From positions 32,001-96,000 of the forward strand of contig CAWHDZ010000031.1 of NCBI GenBank assembly GCA_963828255.1: DNA of 64,000 bases, given 5' to 3'. The stretch's first letter is position 1. Each line of letters starts with the position of its first letter. The DNA is from an uncultured delta proteobacterium (lineage in GTDB: Bacteria; Myxococcota; Myxococcia; Myxococcales; Anaeromyxobacteraceae). The position numbers and the translations under genes are program-made. This document shows, piece after piece, positions 10,368 to 21,767 of this stretch. The notes below the pieces were generated by a model. That model made no database searches. It had not been told where the DNA came from and worked only from the letters and a program-made list of their open reading frames with translations.

Positions 10368-10904
10368 CTATCCGAACAGCCAGCGCACCGCCACCACCGA
10401 GGCGGCGAATCCGGCCAGGTCGGCCATCAGCGCCGCCGGGAGCGCCTGCCGGTACCGGGTGATCCCGATGGCGCCGAAGTAGACGGCCAGCACGTAGAAG
10501 GTGGTCTCGGTCGAGCCGGCCATGACCGAGACCAGCCGCCCGGCGTGGGAGTCGGGGCCGTCCGAGCGCAGCACGTCGGCCACCACCCCCAGCGCCGCGC
10601 CGCCGGAGAGCGGGCGGACGAGCACCATGGGGAGCACGCTCGTCGGGATGCCCACCGCCGAGGTCAAGGGTGCGAGCAGCGCGGCCAGCGCGTCCATGGC
10701 CCCCGAGGCCCGCAGCATCCCCAGCGCCACCACCACCGCGACCAGCGGGGGGATGACCCGGACGGCGATCTGGAACCCCTCCTTCGCCCCCTCCACGAAG
10801 ACCGGGTAGACCTTCACCTTGCGTGTGAGGGCCCAGGCCGGGATCCCGGCCACCAGGAGCGGGATGGCCCAGATCGAGAGGGCCTCCAGGGCCGCCCTAA
10901 GCAC
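10368..10904 (-). CDS. spmB: SpmB-family (nucleoside recognition gate) membrane protein
   Basis: FVEGAKEG, RPLSGG, GSTETTFYVLAVYFG. Confidence 0.88.
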   Translation of the reverse strand: MLRAALEALSIWAIPLLVAGIPAWALTRKVKVYPVFVEGAKEGFQIAVRVIPPLVAVVVALGMLRASGAMDALAALLAPLTSAVGIPTSVLPMVLVRPLSGGAALGVVADVLRSDGPDSHAGRLVSVMAGSTETTFYVLAVYFGAIGITRYRQALPAALMADLAGFAASVVAVRWLFG

Positions 10905-11499
10905 GCGGGGCCCCGGGGGGCGGCGCGGGGAAGAGGCGGCGGAGGGCCCATGCGGAGGCCACCGCGGCCACGGTGGCGCAGGCCGAGGCGAGCAGGGTGG
11001 CGGCCAGGATGTCGGCGGGCTGGCGCGCGCCGGCGGCGGCGCGGAGCGCGATGACGCTGGCCGGGACCAGCTGCACGCTGGCGGTGTTGAGGGCGCAGAA
11101 GAGCGCCTGGGCGTCGGTGGCCGTCCCCGGGTGCGGGTTCTCGCGCTCCAGCTCCTCCATGGCCTTGATGCCGAAGGGGGTCGCGGCGTTGCCCAGCCCG
11201 AGCATGTTGGCGGCCACGTTCATGGTGATGGCGCCCATGGCCGGCGAGTCGGCCGGCACCGCGGGGAAGAGGCGACGCAGCACCGGGCGAGCCAGCCGTC
11301 CCAGCGCCCGGACCAGCCCCGCCTCCTCGGCGACCTTCATGAGGCCGAGCCAGAGGGTGAGGACGCCGACCAGGCCGAGGGAGAGGGTGACCGCCCTCCC
11401 GGCCGACTCGGCGATGGCGCCGGGCAGGGCGGCCATCCGGCCGGTCAGGGCCGCCACCACCACCGAGCCCACGAGGAGCAGCACCCAGAGGACGCTCAT
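10897..11499 (-). CDS. spmA: SpmA-family membrane protein
   Basis: LWLGLMKVAE, ANMLGLGNAATPFGIKAM, NTASVQLVP. Confidence 0.88.
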   Translation of the reverse strand: MSVLWVLLLVGSVVVAALTGRMAALPGAIAESAGRAVTLSLGLVGVLTLWLGLMKVAEEAGLVRALGRLARPVLRRLFPAVPADSPAMGAITMNVAANMLGLGNAATPFGIKAMEELERENPHPGTATDAQALFCALNTASVQLVPASVIALRAAAGARQPADILAATLLASACATVAAVASAWALRRLFPAPPPGAPRA

Positions 11500-11561
11500 C
11501 GCCCGGGATCAGAGCCCGGCGCGGAGGGAATTGCCAGTTTCTGCTAAAGGTTGGAGCACCC

Positions 11562-13061
11562 ATGGGACGACGGGCATGGAGAATCCTCGCCGCGGGCGCG
11601 ATCGCCTGCACGGCAGCCGGCGCGCTGGCCGCTCCCCCCGCCACCGGCGGCGCGACGCCGCCGGACCGGCACTGCCGCCCCGACGCCACCCTGCTCGACC
11701 TGCCCTCGCGCGTCGAGCCGGAGTGGTACGGGCTCTACGTGGGGGACAAGAAGGTGGGCTGGCTGAAGACCTCGGCCGGGCTCGAGACGCGGGACGGGAA
11801 GAGCGTCCGGGTCGGGCGGGAGGAGATGCTCGTCGAGGCCAGGGTCGGCGAGCGGGTGGTGCGCCGGCAGGTCACCGAGGAGCGGGTCTACGAGCCGGGT
11901 CGGCGCGGACGCCTCCTCTCCATGCACACCGAGTTCACCGGCGACGGGGGCAACCGGAGCCTCCGCGTCACCTGCACCCCCGCCACCTGCAAGGCCGAGA
12001 TCACCGCCGACGACGGCCGGCGGAGCACCGAGTTCCCGCATCCCGGCGAGACCGCGGAGCAGGCGGAGGCCGCGCGCCTCGCCGCCCGGACCTGCAAGCC
12101 GGTGAGCGGCGCCCAGCTCCAGTCCGACGACCTGCGGGTGAAGAGGATGACCAGCCGCTACGCCGGCCGGACCCGCGTCGGAGGCGGGGGCGTCGAGGTC
12201 CCGGTCTCGATCGTCGAGGAGAAGGAGGACGGCGACCGGGTCGCACCCAAGGTGCTGGTCTCCGACGACGGCCGAATCCTGGAGACCCGGGTCGGCGACG
12301 GGATGGTCATCCGGCTCGAGCCGGCCGAGATCGCCCGCAGGCTCGACGTCGTGGACCTCTTCACCACGCTGCGCGTCCCGCTCCCAGGGCCGCTCCCCCG
12401 CGAGGTTCCCATGTCCATCACCTTCGCGCTCCAGGGGCTGCCGCGCGGCTTCGACCTCGACGACCAGCGGCAGAGGGCCGTCCCCGGGGCCGCCGGAGAG
12501 ACCCTGCTCACCGTCACCGCGCGTGAATTCGGCGGCCCGGACGCGCCCCGGGGGAAGCCCGCCCCGCGCGGCGACGCCGACCAGTCCACCACCATCGAGA
12601 TCGACTGGGAGCACCCGTCCATCCGCGACCTCTCCGCGGCCGTGGCGGGGAGCACCACCGGCGCCTGGGCCACGGCCCGCAAGCTCTCCCGCGCGGTGCA
12701 CGACCGGCTCGACAAGGTCTACGGCCAGAGCCGCGACAGGGCCAGCGAGATCTTGAAGCAGGGCAAGGGGGACTGCACCGAGCACACCCGGCTCTTCGTG
12801 GCGCTCTGCCGGGCGGCGGGGATCCGGGCCCGCGAGGTGAAGGGGCTCGTCTTCGCCAACTACGGCCAGGGCGGCCCGGCGCTCTACTGGCACGCCTGGG
12901 CCGAGGTCCAGGTGGGCGCCGACTGGATCGCCATGGACCCCACCTTCGGCCAGGACGTGGCCGACGCCACCCACATCGCGCTCGGGCGCGGCGCCCGCCA
13001 GGACGCCATCGCGCTCGTGGGCTCCCTCCGGGTATCCCGGGCCGAGCCTCGCAAGCCGTAG
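11562..13061 (+). CDS. Secreted transglutaminase-like domain protein
   Basis: Signal peptide; catalytic triad motifs GDCTEH, WHAWAEV, WIAMDPT. Confidence 0.87.
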   Translation: MGRRAWRILAAGAIACTAAGALAAPPATGGATPPDRHCRPDATLLDLPSRVEPEWYGLYVGDKKVGWLKTSAGLETRDGKSVRVGREEMLVEARVGERVVRRQVTEERVYEPGRRGRLLSMHTEFTGDGGNRSLRVTCTPATCKAEITADDGRRSTEFPHPGETAEQAEAARLAARTCKPVSGAQLQSDDLRVKRMTSRYAGRTRVGGGGVEVPVSIVEEKEDGDRVAPKVLVSDDGRILETRVGDGMVIRLEPAEIARRLDVVDLFTTLRVPLPGPLPREVPMSITFALQGLPRGFDLDDQRQRAVPGAAGETLLTVTAREFGGPDAPRGKPAPRGDADQSTTIEIDWEHPSIRDLSAAVAGSTTGAWATARKLSRAVHDRLDKVYGQSRDRASEILKQGKGDCTEHTRLFVALCRAAGIRAREVKGLVFANYGQGGPALYWHAWAEVQVGADWIAMDPTFGQDVADATHIALGRGARQDAIALVGSLRVSRAEPRKP

Positions 13062-13093
13062 AATCCCCACCCACCACCACCCGGAGGAACGCC

Positions 13094-13501
13094 ATGAAGG
13101 GGCTCGACCACGTCGCCATCCTCGTTTCCGACCTCGACGCAGCCATCAAGCTCTACCGCGACGTCTACGGCCTGGAACTGGCCGAGATCGAGGAGGTGCC
13201 CTCGGAGAAGGTGAGGGTGGCCATCTTCGGCCACGGCAGCGGGCGCATCGAGCTGGTCTCGCCGAGCGGCCCGGACAGCCCCATGGCCAGGACCATCGAG
13301 AAGCGCGGGGAGGGGCTCCACCACGTCTGCCTCGAGGTGCCGGACATCGAGAAGGCCATGGAGGCGCTGAAGGCCCAGGGGGCTCCGCTGCTCGACGAGA
13401 AGCCCCGCGCCGGGGCCGGAGGGGCGCGGGTCGCCTTCGTCCACCCGAAGGGGAGCCGGGGGGTCCTGGTCGAGCTCCGGCAGGGGCCCGGGAACGCTTG
13501 A
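13094..13501 (+). CDS. mce: Methylmalonyl-CoA epimerase
   Basis: DHVAI, IELVSP, RGEGLHHVC, VAFVHPK..GVLVEL (VOC fold). Confidence 0.9.
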   Translation: MKGLDHVAILVSDLDAAIKLYRDVYGLELAEIEEVPSEKVRVAIFGHGSGRIELVSPSGPDSPMARTIEKRGEGLHHVCLEVPDIEKAMEALKAQGAPLLDEKPRAGAGGARVAFVHPKGSRGVLVELRQGPGNA

Positions 13502-13517
13502 CCCCAAGGGGAATCGC

Positions 13518-15392
13518 ATGGTTAGTGACACCCCCATGAAGCGCTCCCTCACCGTCCTCCTCGCGATCCCGCTCCTCCTCGGCTCGGCGTCCGCGCAGAC
13601 CATCGCGCCGACCCTGACGCCCCCGTCCACCACCACGCTCACCCAGTCCGAGATGGACCAGAAGATCCAGGACGCGGTGGAGAAGGAGGTCGCCAAGGTG
13701 AAGGAGCAGCTGCGCGACGAGGTCCGCGCCGAGATCCAGGGCGCACAGTCGGCGGCCGAGTTCCTGGGCGAGCAGGAGGGGACGAAGAAGCTCCACTTCG
13801 TCGAGCTGAACGGCTACTTCCGTTTCCGCTGGGACCTCTTCAACAACCTGAACGGCGGCATGCCCGCCGACCCCATGGGCTGGTACCTCTGGGGCGGCAA
13901 CACCCAGATCTCGCCCAACCTCCCCGGCGGGACGCAGACCGGCGGGAACATGCGCCTGCGCGTCGAGCCCACCTTCAACGTCTCGGAGCAGGTCCGGGTG
14001 AAGGCCCAGATCGACCTCCTCGACAACGTGGTGCTCGGGTCCACGCCCACCGGGCGCGACTACAACCTCTACTCCTTCACCTCGAGCAGCCAGGTCTCGC
14101 CCATCGCCGGCCAAAACTGGTTCACCGGCGCCATCCAGGTGAAGCGGGCCTGGGGCGAGGTGCAGACGCCGGTGGGGCTGCTCAGCTTCGGCCGCATGCC
14201 GGCCAGCTGGGGCGCGGGCATCTACTACAACGCCGGCGGGGGCATCGACCAGGACTTCGGCGACAACGTGGACCGCATCCAGTTCTCCATCCCGCTCGGC
14301 CAGTTCCTGGGCGGCCTGGCCGTCACGCCCTACTACGAGTGGGCCGGCTCGGGCATCACCTACGCGAGCACATTCAACACGGTGGGGATCGGCCAGCCCG
14401 TCGACTGGACCCAGGACGACGACGCCGGGGCCATCGGGATCATGGCGGCCCGGACCGACACGCCCGACCAGGAGCGGCGCAAGCTGGACAAGGGCGGCAC
14501 GAGCCTCTCCTACGGCCTGCTCTTCAACTACAAGTCGCAGCGCTTCGGCCTGCCCGCGCTCTCCTTCAATTCCGCCGGCGTCCCCGTGTCGCCCGGCTCG
14601 GTCGTGCCCGGCGCCACGGGCTCCCCCGTGGTGCTCGTGAACCGCGACGCCAGCGCCGGCACCCTCGACCTCTTCGTCCGCTGGGTCGGCAAGCGGTTCG
14701 AGATCCAGGCCGAGGGGATCGGCATCTACGGGAGCATCGGGAACGTCGGCTGGGATCCGGCGGCGGTCGCGGTCCCGGCCACCATCCGCCAGGGCGCCGG
14801 CATGCTGCGCGGCGAGGCCAAGATCGGCGACGGCGGGCGCTTCCACGTGGGCGGCGAGTTCGGCATCGCCAGCGGCGATCGGGCCCCCGGCTTCGGCAAC
14901 TTCCCGGGGCGCTGCAACCTCACGCTGGCCCCCGCCGACCCGCTGCGGTGCGGCCAGGTGGCGCTTCCCGGCTCCATCGACGGGAACCAGGTCGGGGCCT
15001 CCTACCCGACCCTCAACAACTACCGGTTCAACCCGGCCTACCAGGTGGACCTGATCCTCTGGCGCCGCATCCTCGGCACGGTCACCGACGCCTGGTACGT
15101 GAAGCCCACCTTCAAGTGGGACGTCCTCGACGGGCTCAGCGTGGCCGCCCAGGTGGTCTACTCGCAGGCCATCTTCGCCGAGTCCACGCCCTCGCAGGTG
15201 AACAAGGCGCTGGGCCTCGAGCTCGACCTGGGAGTGAAGTACCAGTCGGACGACGGGTTCGTGTTCTTCCTCGACTACGGACTGCTCAAGATGCTCTCCG
15301 GCTTCGACATGACGACCACGAACGGAACCGTGACCTCCAGCCCGGGCGGGGTGGCGCAGAACATCCACGCCGGCCTCGGCATCGTCTTCTAG
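13518..15392 (+). CDS. Myxococcota-type outer-membrane beta-barrel protein (TIGR04551-like)
   Basis: Signal peptide; ELNGYFRFR, NMRLRVEPTFNVSEQVRVKAQIDLLDNVVLGSTP; terminal Phe. Family recognised from memory. Confidence 0.75.
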   Translation: MVSDTPMKRSLTVLLAIPLLLGSASAQTIAPTLTPPSTTTLTQSEMDQKIQDAVEKEVAKVKEQLRDEVRAEIQGAQSAAEFLGEQEGTKKLHFVELNGYFRFRWDLFNNLNGGMPADPMGWYLWGGNTQISPNLPGGTQTGGNMRLRVEPTFNVSEQVRVKAQIDLLDNVVLGSTPTGRDYNLYSFTSSSQVSPIAGQNWFTGAIQVKRAWGEVQTPVGLLSFGRMPASWGAGIYYNAGGGIDQDFGDNVDRIQFSIPLGQFLGGLAVTPYYEWAGSGITYASTFNTVGIGQPVDWTQDDDAGAIGIMAARTDTPDQERRKLDKGGTSLSYGLLFNYKSQRFGLPALSFNSAGVPVSPGSVVPGATGSPVVLVNRDASAGTLDLFVRWVGKRFEIQAEGIGIYGSIGNVGWDPAAVAVPATIRQGAGMLRGEAKIGDGGRFHVGGEFGIASGDRAPGFGNFPGRCNLTLAPADPLRCGQVALPGSIDGNQVGASYPTLNNYRFNPAYQVDLILWRRILGTVTDAWYVKPTFKWDVLDGLSVAAQVVYSQAIFAESTPSQVNKALGLELDLGVKYQSDDGFVFFLDYGLLKMLSGFDMTTTNGTVTSSPGGVAQNIHAGLGIVF

Positions 15393-15796
15393 CCGGTCAC
15401 GACCGTCCGGACCTGGAAGGCGGGCTGGGCCTGGATGGCCCGCTTCACCGAGCACTGATCGGCGACCCGGACCAGCGCCTCCCGGTACTTCTCCGGGAAG
15501 GCGGCCGGGACCTCGATGTCGAGGTCCACGCCGGTGAGGGCGCCGTCCTCGCCGTGGTGGAGCCGCTCGACGATGCGGATCCCCTCGGTGGAGAGGCCGC
15601 GCTTCTGGCAGAACCCCACCACGAAGATCCCGGCGCAGGTTCCCATCGACGCGGCGAAGAGCGCGAACGGGGTCGGGGCCGAGTTCTCGCCTCCCCCCTG
15701 CGCGGGCTGGTCGGTCCGCACGACGTGCCCGCCGACCTGCGCATCCACCCGCTTGCCGCCCGGGAACGTCACCACGATCTCCGATTCGCCGGCCAT
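15389..15796 (-). CDS. OsmC-family protein
   Basis: TDQP..GGENSAPTPF.LF.AS.GTC ... CSVKR. Confidence 0.87.
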   Translation of the reverse strand: MAGESEIVVTFPGGKRVDAQVGGHVVRTDQPAQGGGENSAPTPFALFAASMGTCAGIFVVGFCQKRGLSTEGIRIVERLHHGEDGALTGVDLDIEVPAAFPEKYREALVRVADQCSVKRAIQAQPAFQVRTVVTG

Positions 15797-15892
15797 GGAC
15801 CACCTCCGTGAAGTGGCCCCGGGGATCCTGGGGCCTCGGGGGGTTGGAGCCAAGGGCGCAGATGGGGATTCTTTGATAGCCTCCGGCGTCGA

Positions 15893-17311
15893 ATGAAGAA
15901 GACGAAGCGAGCCCCCGCCACCCGGAAGCCTCGGCCCGTCTCCCGCGCAGCCCTCTCCGGCGAGGCCGATCCCCGCCTGGTCCGGATGTCGGTCTCCATC
16001 CAGGACGACGCCGCCCTTCACTCCCAGGACATCCGCGGCAGCCAGGCCCACGTGGCCATGCTGGCCGCCCAGGGGATCGTCCCACCCGCCGTGGCCCGCA
16101 AGATCCGGCGCGGCCTCGACCAGGTCCGGCGCGAGTTCGAGCAGGGGGCCATCCGCCACGACCCGCGGCTCGAGGACGTGCACACCCACGCCGAGCGGCG
16201 CCTGGGGGAGATCGTGGGGCGCGCCGCCGGCTACCTGCACGCCGGCCGGAGCCGCAACGATCAGGTGGCCCTCGACGAGCGGCTCTTCATCGTCGAGGCC
16301 TGCGATCGCGCCAGCCAGGCGCTGGCTGGCCTCATGCGGTCGCTCCTCGGGCAGGCGCGGCGCCACGAGAAGACGCTCCTCCCCGGGTACACCCACCTCC
16401 AGCGGGCCCAGCCGGTCTCGCTGGCCCACCACCTGCTCGCCCACGTGGAGATGCTGGGGCGGGACCGGGAGCGCCTCGCGGAGGTGCGCCGCCGCGCCGC
16501 CATCTCGCCGCTGGGCTCGGGCGCGCTGGCCGGAACCACGCTCAGGCTCGACCGGGAGCGGGTGGCCCGGGATCTCGGCCTCGACGGCGTCACCCGCAAC
16601 TCGCTCGACGCGGTCTCCGACCGCGACTCCGCCATCGAGCTCTGCTTCGCCTGCGCGCTCTGCGCCGTGCACCTCTCCCGCCTCGGCGAGGAGATCGTGC
16701 TCTGGACCACCCGCGAGTTCGGCTTCATGGAGCTCGACGACTCCTTCGCCACCGGCAGCTCGCTCATGCCGCAGAAGAAGAACTCCGACGTCGCCGAGCT
16801 GGCCCGGGGCCGGGCCGGCACCGCCATCGGCGACCTGGTCGCGCTGCTCGCCATCGTGAAGAGCCTGCCGCTGGCCTACAACCGCGACATGCAGGAGGAC
16901 AAGCGGCCACTGCTGGGCGCGCCGCGGATGCTGGTCGAGACGCTCGACGCGCTCGCCGGCGCGGTCGAGACCGCCCGGTTCCAGCCGGAGCGCATGCGCG
17001 CGGCGCTGGAAGGGGGCGAGTCGCTCGCCACCGACGCGGCCGAGTGGCTGGTCGAGCGGGGCGTGCCCTTCCGGGAGGCCCACGAGGCGGTGGGCAAGGC
17101 GGCGGCCTTCGCGTCCTCGTCCGGGCGGCCGCTGGCTGGACTCACCGTCGCCCAGTGGCGATCCTTCCACCCGCGCTTCGACCGCGGCGTGATCCGCTGC
17201 TTCGACCCGGAGCGGAGCGTGGCCCGGCGGGACCTCCCCGGCGGCCCGGCGCCGCGCAGGGTGGCCGCCGAGCTCCGGCGCTGGGAGAAGCTGCTCGGGA
17301 GGGCGCGGTGA
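15893..17311 (+). CDS. argH: Argininosuccinate lyase
   Basis: [48 protein letters not shown]. Confidence 0.97.
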   Translation: MKKTKRAPATRKPRPVSRAALSGEADPRLVRMSVSIQDDAALHSQDIRGSQAHVAMLAAQGIVPPAVARKIRRGLDQVRREFEQGAIRHDPRLEDVHTHAERRLGEIVGRAAGYLHAGRSRNDQVALDERLFIVEACDRASQALAGLMRSLLGQARRHEKTLLPGYTHLQRAQPVSLAHHLLAHVEMLGRDRERLAEVRRRAAISPLGSGALAGTTLRLDRERVARDLGLDGVTRNSLDAVSDRDSAIELCFACALCAVHLSRLGEEIVLWTTREFGFMELDDSFATGSSLMPQKKNSDVAELARGRAGTAIGDLVALLAIVKSLPLAYNRDMQEDKRPLLGAPRMLVETLDALAGAVETARFQPERMRAALEGGESLATDAAEWLVERGVPFREAHEAVGKAAAFASSSGRPLAGLTVAQWRSFHPRFDRGVIRCFDPERSVARRDLPGGPAPRRVAAELRRWEKLLGRAR

Positions 17312-17460
17312 GGGCCCGCACCGCCCGGCCTCCCCTGGCGGCGGGTCTCGCCCTGGCCGCCGCCCTCCTCGTCGCACTGGCCGGATGCGGGGTGAAGGCG
17401 CCTCCGCGGCCGGCGGCATCGGCGGGCGTCGAGGGCGCCCCGGCCGGGAGCGCCAGATGA
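17308..17460 (+). CDS. Small lipoprotein, LptM/YifL/LppL-like
   Basis: Lipobox LAGC followed by GVKAPPRP; overlaps argH stop and lysA start; typical position upstream of lysA. Confidence 0.7.
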   Translation: MRARTARPPLAAGLALAAALLVALAGCGVKAPPRPAASAGVEGAPAGSAR

Positions 17461-18740
17461 ACCACTTCCAGAGAAGGCTCGGGTCGCTTCACGCGGAGAA
17501 GATCCCGCTCGACGGGCTGGCCCGCGCCTACGGCACGCCGCTCTACGTCTACTCGGCGGCCACCCTGCGCCGGCACTGGAAGGTGCTCGACCGGTCGCTC
17601 TCCGGCCTGCGCCACCTGGTCTGCTACGCCACCAAGGCCAACGGGAACCTGGCCATCCTCGACCTGCTGGCCCGCATGGGTGCGGGCTTCGACATCGTCT
17701 CCGGGGGGGAGCTGTACCGGGTCCTCAAGGCCGGGGGCGACCCGCACAAGGTGGTCTTCTCGGGCGTGGGCAAGACCGACGAGGAGATCGCCTTCGCTTT
17801 GTCACAGGGAGTGAAGTGCCTCAACGTGGAGAGCGGGCCGGAGCTGGCCCGGGTCTCGGTGGTGGCCCGGCGGCTCGGCCTGCGCGCCCCCGTGGCGCTC
17901 CGGGTGAACCCGGACGTGGACCCGAAGACCCACCCGTACATCGCCACAGGCCTGAAGAAGTCCAAGTTCGGGGTCTCGGTGGACGACGCCCGGCGCCTCT
18001 ACGGCCTGGCCGCCGGAGACCCGGCCCTCGACGTCCGGGGCCTGGCCTGCCACATCGGCTCCCAGATCACGACGGTGGTCCCCTTCCTCGACGCCATCGC
18101 CCGGGTGCGGAAGCTGGCCGGCGAGCTCTCCCGGGCCGGGATCCACCTGCGCCACCTCGACATCGGCGGGGGGCTGGGGATCCAGTACAAGGACGAGAAC
18201 CCCCCGCACCCCGACGAGTACGGGGCCGCCGTGAAGCGGGCCATGAAGGGGTTCCGGGGCGAGGTGATCCTCGAGCCCGGCCGGGTGCTGGTGGGAAACG
18301 CCGGCGTCCTCCTCACCCGGGTCCTCTACGTGAAGGCGAGCGGCCGGAAGCGCTTCGCCGTCGTGGACGCAGCCATGAACGACCTGGTCCGGCCCAGCCT
18401 CTACGGCGCCCACCACGACATCGAGCAGGTCGGGGCCGCGGGCCGCCCGGCCGGGACCGTGGACGTGGTCGGCCCGGTCTGCGAGTCCTCCGACTTCCTG
18501 GCCCAGGGGCGGAGGATGCCGGTCCCGGAGGCCGGCGACCTGCTCTGCGTCCGCTCGGCGGGGGCCTACGGGTTCTCCATGTCCTCGAACTACAACGCCC
18601 GTCCCCGCTCGGCCGAGGTCCTGGTGGACGGGGACACGGCCTACCTGGTGCGGAAGCGGGAGACCTGGCCCGACCTGGTCCGCGGGGAGAAGGCTCGTCC
18701 GTCCGGTCGGCGGTTCCCGGCCCCCCGCCGGATCGGCTAG
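17457..18740 (+). CDS. lysA: Diaminopimelate decarboxylase
   Basis: YGTPLYVYS, YATKAN, HIGSQI, EPGR, GPVCESSD, GAYGFSMSSNYN. Confidence 0.97.
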   Translation: MNHFQRRLGSLHAEKIPLDGLARAYGTPLYVYSAATLRRHWKVLDRSLSGLRHLVCYATKANGNLAILDLLARMGAGFDIVSGGELYRVLKAGGDPHKVVFSGVGKTDEEIAFALSQGVKCLNVESGPELARVSVVARRLGLRAPVALRVNPDVDPKTHPYIATGLKKSKFGVSVDDARRLYGLAAGDPALDVRGLACHIGSQITTVVPFLDAIARVRKLAGELSRAGIHLRHLDIGGGLGIQYKDENPPHPDEYGAAVKRAMKGFRGEVILEPGRVLVGNAGVLLTRVLYVKASGRKRFAVVDAAMNDLVRPSLYGAHHDIEQVGAAGRPAGTVDVVGPVCESSDFLAQGRRMPVPEAGDLLCVRSAGAYGFSMSSNYNARPRSAEVLVDGDTAYLVRKRETWPDLVRGEKARPSGRRFPAPRRIG

Positions 18741-18771
18741 AGTCGTCACCCCACTTTCGCGGAGGAACACC

Positions 18772-19659
18772 ATGAAGCTCCAGGGCGCGATGGTCGCCAT
18801 CGTCACGCCGCTCCGGGACGACGAGCCCGACCTGGGCTCGCTCGCCGAGCTGGTCGAGTGGCAGATCCGGGAGGGGACCGACGGCATCGTCCCCTGCGGG
18901 ACCACCGGGGAGGGCGCCACGCTCACGCTGAAGGAGCGGGCCGACGTCATCCGCACCTGCGTCGAGACGGCGCGCGGCCGGGTCAAGATCATCGCCGGCG
19001 CGGGCTCCAACTCCACCGCCGAGGCCGTGGACGGGGTCAGGCTCGCCAGGCAGCTCGGCGCCGATGCCGCACTGGTGGTGACGCCGTACTACAACAAGCC
19101 CACCCAGGAAGGGCTCTACCGGCACTACATGAAGCTCTGGGACGCGGTGGGCTTCCCGGTGGTGGCCTACAACGTGCCCAGCCGCACCTCGGTGGACCTC
19201 CTTCCCGAGACGGTGGAGCGGCTCGTCAAGGCGGGCGCCATCGCCGGCATCAAGGAGGCCACCGCCAGCATGGAGCGGCAGGTCCAGCTCGTCGAGCGCT
19301 GCGGGAGGGACTCCATCTCCTACCTGTCCGGCGACGACTTCACGGTGCTGCCCTACCTCGCCTGCGGCGGCCACGGCGTCATCTCGGTGATCGGCAACAT
19401 CGCCCCCCGGGCCATGAAGGAGCTGGTCGTCGCCGCCCTTCGGGGCGACCACGCCGCCGCCCTCTCCAAGCAGGTGGCCATGGCCGAGCTCAACCGGGTC
19501 ATGTTCGTCGAGACCAACCCGGGCCCGGTGAAGGCCGCGGTGGCCCTGCTCGGGAAGGCCGGGCCGGAGATCCGGCTGCCGCTCTGGCAGGTCTCGCCGG
19601 GAAGCCTCGTGAAGATCCGCGACGCCATGGTCCGCTTCGGCCTGGTCGTGGCCGCCTGA
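18772..19659 (+). CDS. dapA: 4-hydroxy-tetrahydrodipicolinate synthase
   Basis: [35 protein letters not shown]. Confidence 0.97.
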   Translation: MKLQGAMVAIVTPLRDDEPDLGSLAELVEWQIREGTDGIVPCGTTGEGATLTLKERADVIRTCVETARGRVKIIAGAGSNSTAEAVDGVRLARQLGADAALVVTPYYNKPTQEGLYRHYMKLWDAVGFPVVAYNVPSRTSVDLLPETVERLVKAGAIAGIKEATASMERQVQLVERCGRDSISYLSGDDFTVLPYLACGGHGVISVIGNIAPRAMKELVVAALRGDHAAALSKQVAMAELNRVMFVETNPGPVKAAVALLGKAGPEIRLPLWQVSPGSLVKIRDAMVRFGLVVAA

Positions 19660-19699
19660 TCCGCCGCCGGCCGCGGCGCCCGCTCCATCGGAGGTGCGC

Positions 19700-20515
19700 A
19701 TGGTGAACGTGATCGTGACCGGGGTGGCCGGCCGCATGGGCGGCCAGATCCTGCGGATGATGCGCGCCGACGAGCGCGTCCGCCTGGTGGGCGCGGTGGA
19801 GCGCCCGGGATGGTCGGGGCCGGGGGACGCCGGCGAGGCGGCCGGGATCCCCTCCATCGGCCTGCCGGTGACAGACGACCTGGCCGCGCTGCTCTCCAGG
19901 GTGAAGGCCGACGTGGTCGTCGATTTCACCAGCCACGAGGCCTCGGTGCGCAACACCGCGGCGGCGGCCGGCGCCGGGGTGGCCATGGTGATCGGCTCCA
20001 CCGGGTTCCAGGCCGACGGCAAGGCCCGGCTCCGGGAGCTCTCGGCCCGCATCCCGGTGGTGCTCTCGCCCAACATGAGCGTGGGCGTGAACGTGATGTT
20101 CGCGCTGGTGGCCCAGGCGGCGCGGGCCCTGGGAGACGCCTACGACGTGGAGATCGTGGAGATGCACCACGGCAAGAAGAAGGACGCGCCCAGCGGGACG
20201 GCGGTGCGGCTCGCCGAGGTGGCCGCCGACGCGCTCGGGCGCGATGCGGCCAAGGACGTGGTCTACGCGCGCCACGGGATGATCGGCGAGCGGACCCCCC
20301 GCGAGATCGGCGTCATGACCCTGCGGGGCGGCGACGTGGTGGGGGAGCACACCGTCTACTTCGCCGGGCAGGGGGAGCGGCTCGAGGTCACCCACCGGGC
20401 CACCTCCCGCGACCAGTTCGCGCGCGGCGCGCTCCTTGCTGCACTCTGGGTGAAAGGACGGGCGCCGGGAATGTACGACATGCACGACGTGCTGGGCCTG
20501 CGGGGTGCCCCGTGA
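19700..20515 (+). CDS. dapB: 4-hydroxy-tetrahydrodipicolinate reductase
   Basis: [31 protein letters not shown]. Confidence 0.97.
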   Translation: MVNVIVTGVAGRMGGQILRMMRADERVRLVGAVERPGWSGPGDAGEAAGIPSIGLPVTDDLAALLSRVKADVVVDFTSHEASVRNTAAAAGAGVAMVIGSTGFQADGKARLRELSARIPVVLSPNMSVGVNVMFALVAQAARALGDAYDVEIVEMHHGKKKDAPSGTAVRLAEVAADALGRDAAKDVVYARHGMIGERTPREIGVMTLRGGDVVGEHTVYFAGQGERLEVTHRATSRDQFARGALLAALWVKGRAPGMYDMHDVLGLRGAP

Positions 20516-21264
20516 GGACCTGCCGGTTCACCCGCCAGGGGAGGGAGCAGCACGGCGTCGTCGAGGGAGCCGAGGTCCGCGCCCTCACCGCGGCGCCCTG
20601 GGACGGCGGGCTCGCCGGGGGGCCGCGCTTCCCCTTCTCCGAGATCACGCTGCTCGCCCCGGTCCTCCCCAGCAAGGTGGTCTGCGTCGGGCGCAACTAC
20701 CGGGCCCACGCCAGGGAGCTCGGCAACGAGGTCCCCAAGGAGCCGCTGCTCTTCATCAAGCCGTCCACCGCGGTGATCGGTCCCATGCAGGAGATCCGCA
20801 TCCCCGAGGCGTCGAAGGAGGTGCACCACGAGGCCGAGCTGGCGGCCGTGATCGGGCGCACCCTCACCCGCGGGAGCGCCGTGGAGGCGCGCGAGGCCAT
20901 CTTCGGCTGGACCTGCCTGAACGACGTGTCGGCTCGGGACATCCAGCGGGCCGAGGCCCACTTCACCCGCGCCAAGTCCTACGACACCTTCTGCCCCGTC
21001 GGCCCCTTCGTCGAGACCAACCTCGACCCCATGGACCAGGTGGTCATCTGCCGCGTGAACGGCGAGCAGCGGCAGCGCGGCTCGACCCGCGACATGGTGG
21101 TGGACCCGTACGCGCTGGTGGCCTTCATCTCGCAGGTCATGACGCTGCTCCCCGGCGATCTCGTCTCCACCGGCACGCCGGAGGGGGTCGGGCCCATCCG
21201 GCGCGGCGACTGGGTCGAGATCGAGGTCTCCGGGGTGGGCGTCCTCAAGAACCCGGTGGTGTGA
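20512..21264 (+). CDS. Fumarylacetoacetate hydrolase family protein
   Basis: [39 protein letters not shown]. Confidence 0.93.
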   Translation: MRTCRFTRQGREQHGVVEGAEVRALTAAPWDGGLAGGPRFPFSEITLLAPVLPSKVVCVGRNYRAHARELGNEVPKEPLLFIKPSTAVIGPMQEIRIPEASKEVHHEAELAAVIGRTLTRGSAVEAREAIFGWTCLNDVSARDIQRAEAHFTRAKSYDTFCPVGPFVETNLDPMDQVVICRVNGEQRQRGSTRDMVVDPYALVAFISQVMTLLPGDLVSTGTPEGVGPIRRGDWVEIEVSGVGVLKNPVV

Positions 21265-21271
21265 GGGATCC

Positions 21272-21760
21272 ATGCGCGCCTACGTCGCCGTGGGGTCGAA
21301 CCTGGGGGACCGGTGGGCGCGGCTCGCCCAGGCCGCGCGCGCGCTCAGGGCCGCGCCCGGGGTGGCCGTGGTGCGGGGCTCGCGGGTCTGGGACGCGGCG
21401 CCGGTCGGGCCGCCGCAGCCGCGCTACCTGAACGCGGTGCTCGAGCTCGAGACCACCTGCACGCCCGGGGCGCTGCTCGCGCTCCTCCGCCAGGTGGAGC
21501 AGGCGGCGGGCCGGACCCGCGACGTCCACTGGGGGGCCCGGACCCTCGATCTCGACCTGCTGCTCTTCGGGGATCTCACGGTGCGTGAACCCGGCCTCAC
21601 CGTCCCGCACCCCGGGATGGAGTCGCGCCGCTTCGTGCTGGCGCCGCTGGCCGAGCTGCACCCGGAGCTGGTCGTGCCCGGGACGGGCCTCCGGGTCTCG
21701 AGGCTGCTCGAGGAGTCGCCGGAGCTCGACCTCGAGCCGGTGGGCGGGTATCCGCTCTGA
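21272..21760 (+). CDS. folK: 2-amino-4-hydroxy-6-hydroxymethyldihydropteridine diphosphokinase
   Basis: GSNLGD, YLNAV, WGARTLDLDLL, PHP...RRFVLAPL. Confidence 0.95.
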   Translation: MRAYVAVGSNLGDRWARLAQAARALRAAPGVAVVRGSRVWDAAPVGPPQPRYLNAVLELETTCTPGALLALLRQVEQAAGRTRDVHWGARTLDLDLLLFGDLTVREPGLTVPHPGMESRRFVLAPLAELHPELVVPGTGLRVSRLLEESPELDLEPVGGYPL

Positions 21761-21767
21761 GTTCGCC

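Noticed and set aside
10368..11499. spmA/spmB as evidence of endospore formation
   Set aside because: The family is widespread in non-sporulating bacteria, and no other sporulation genes are present.
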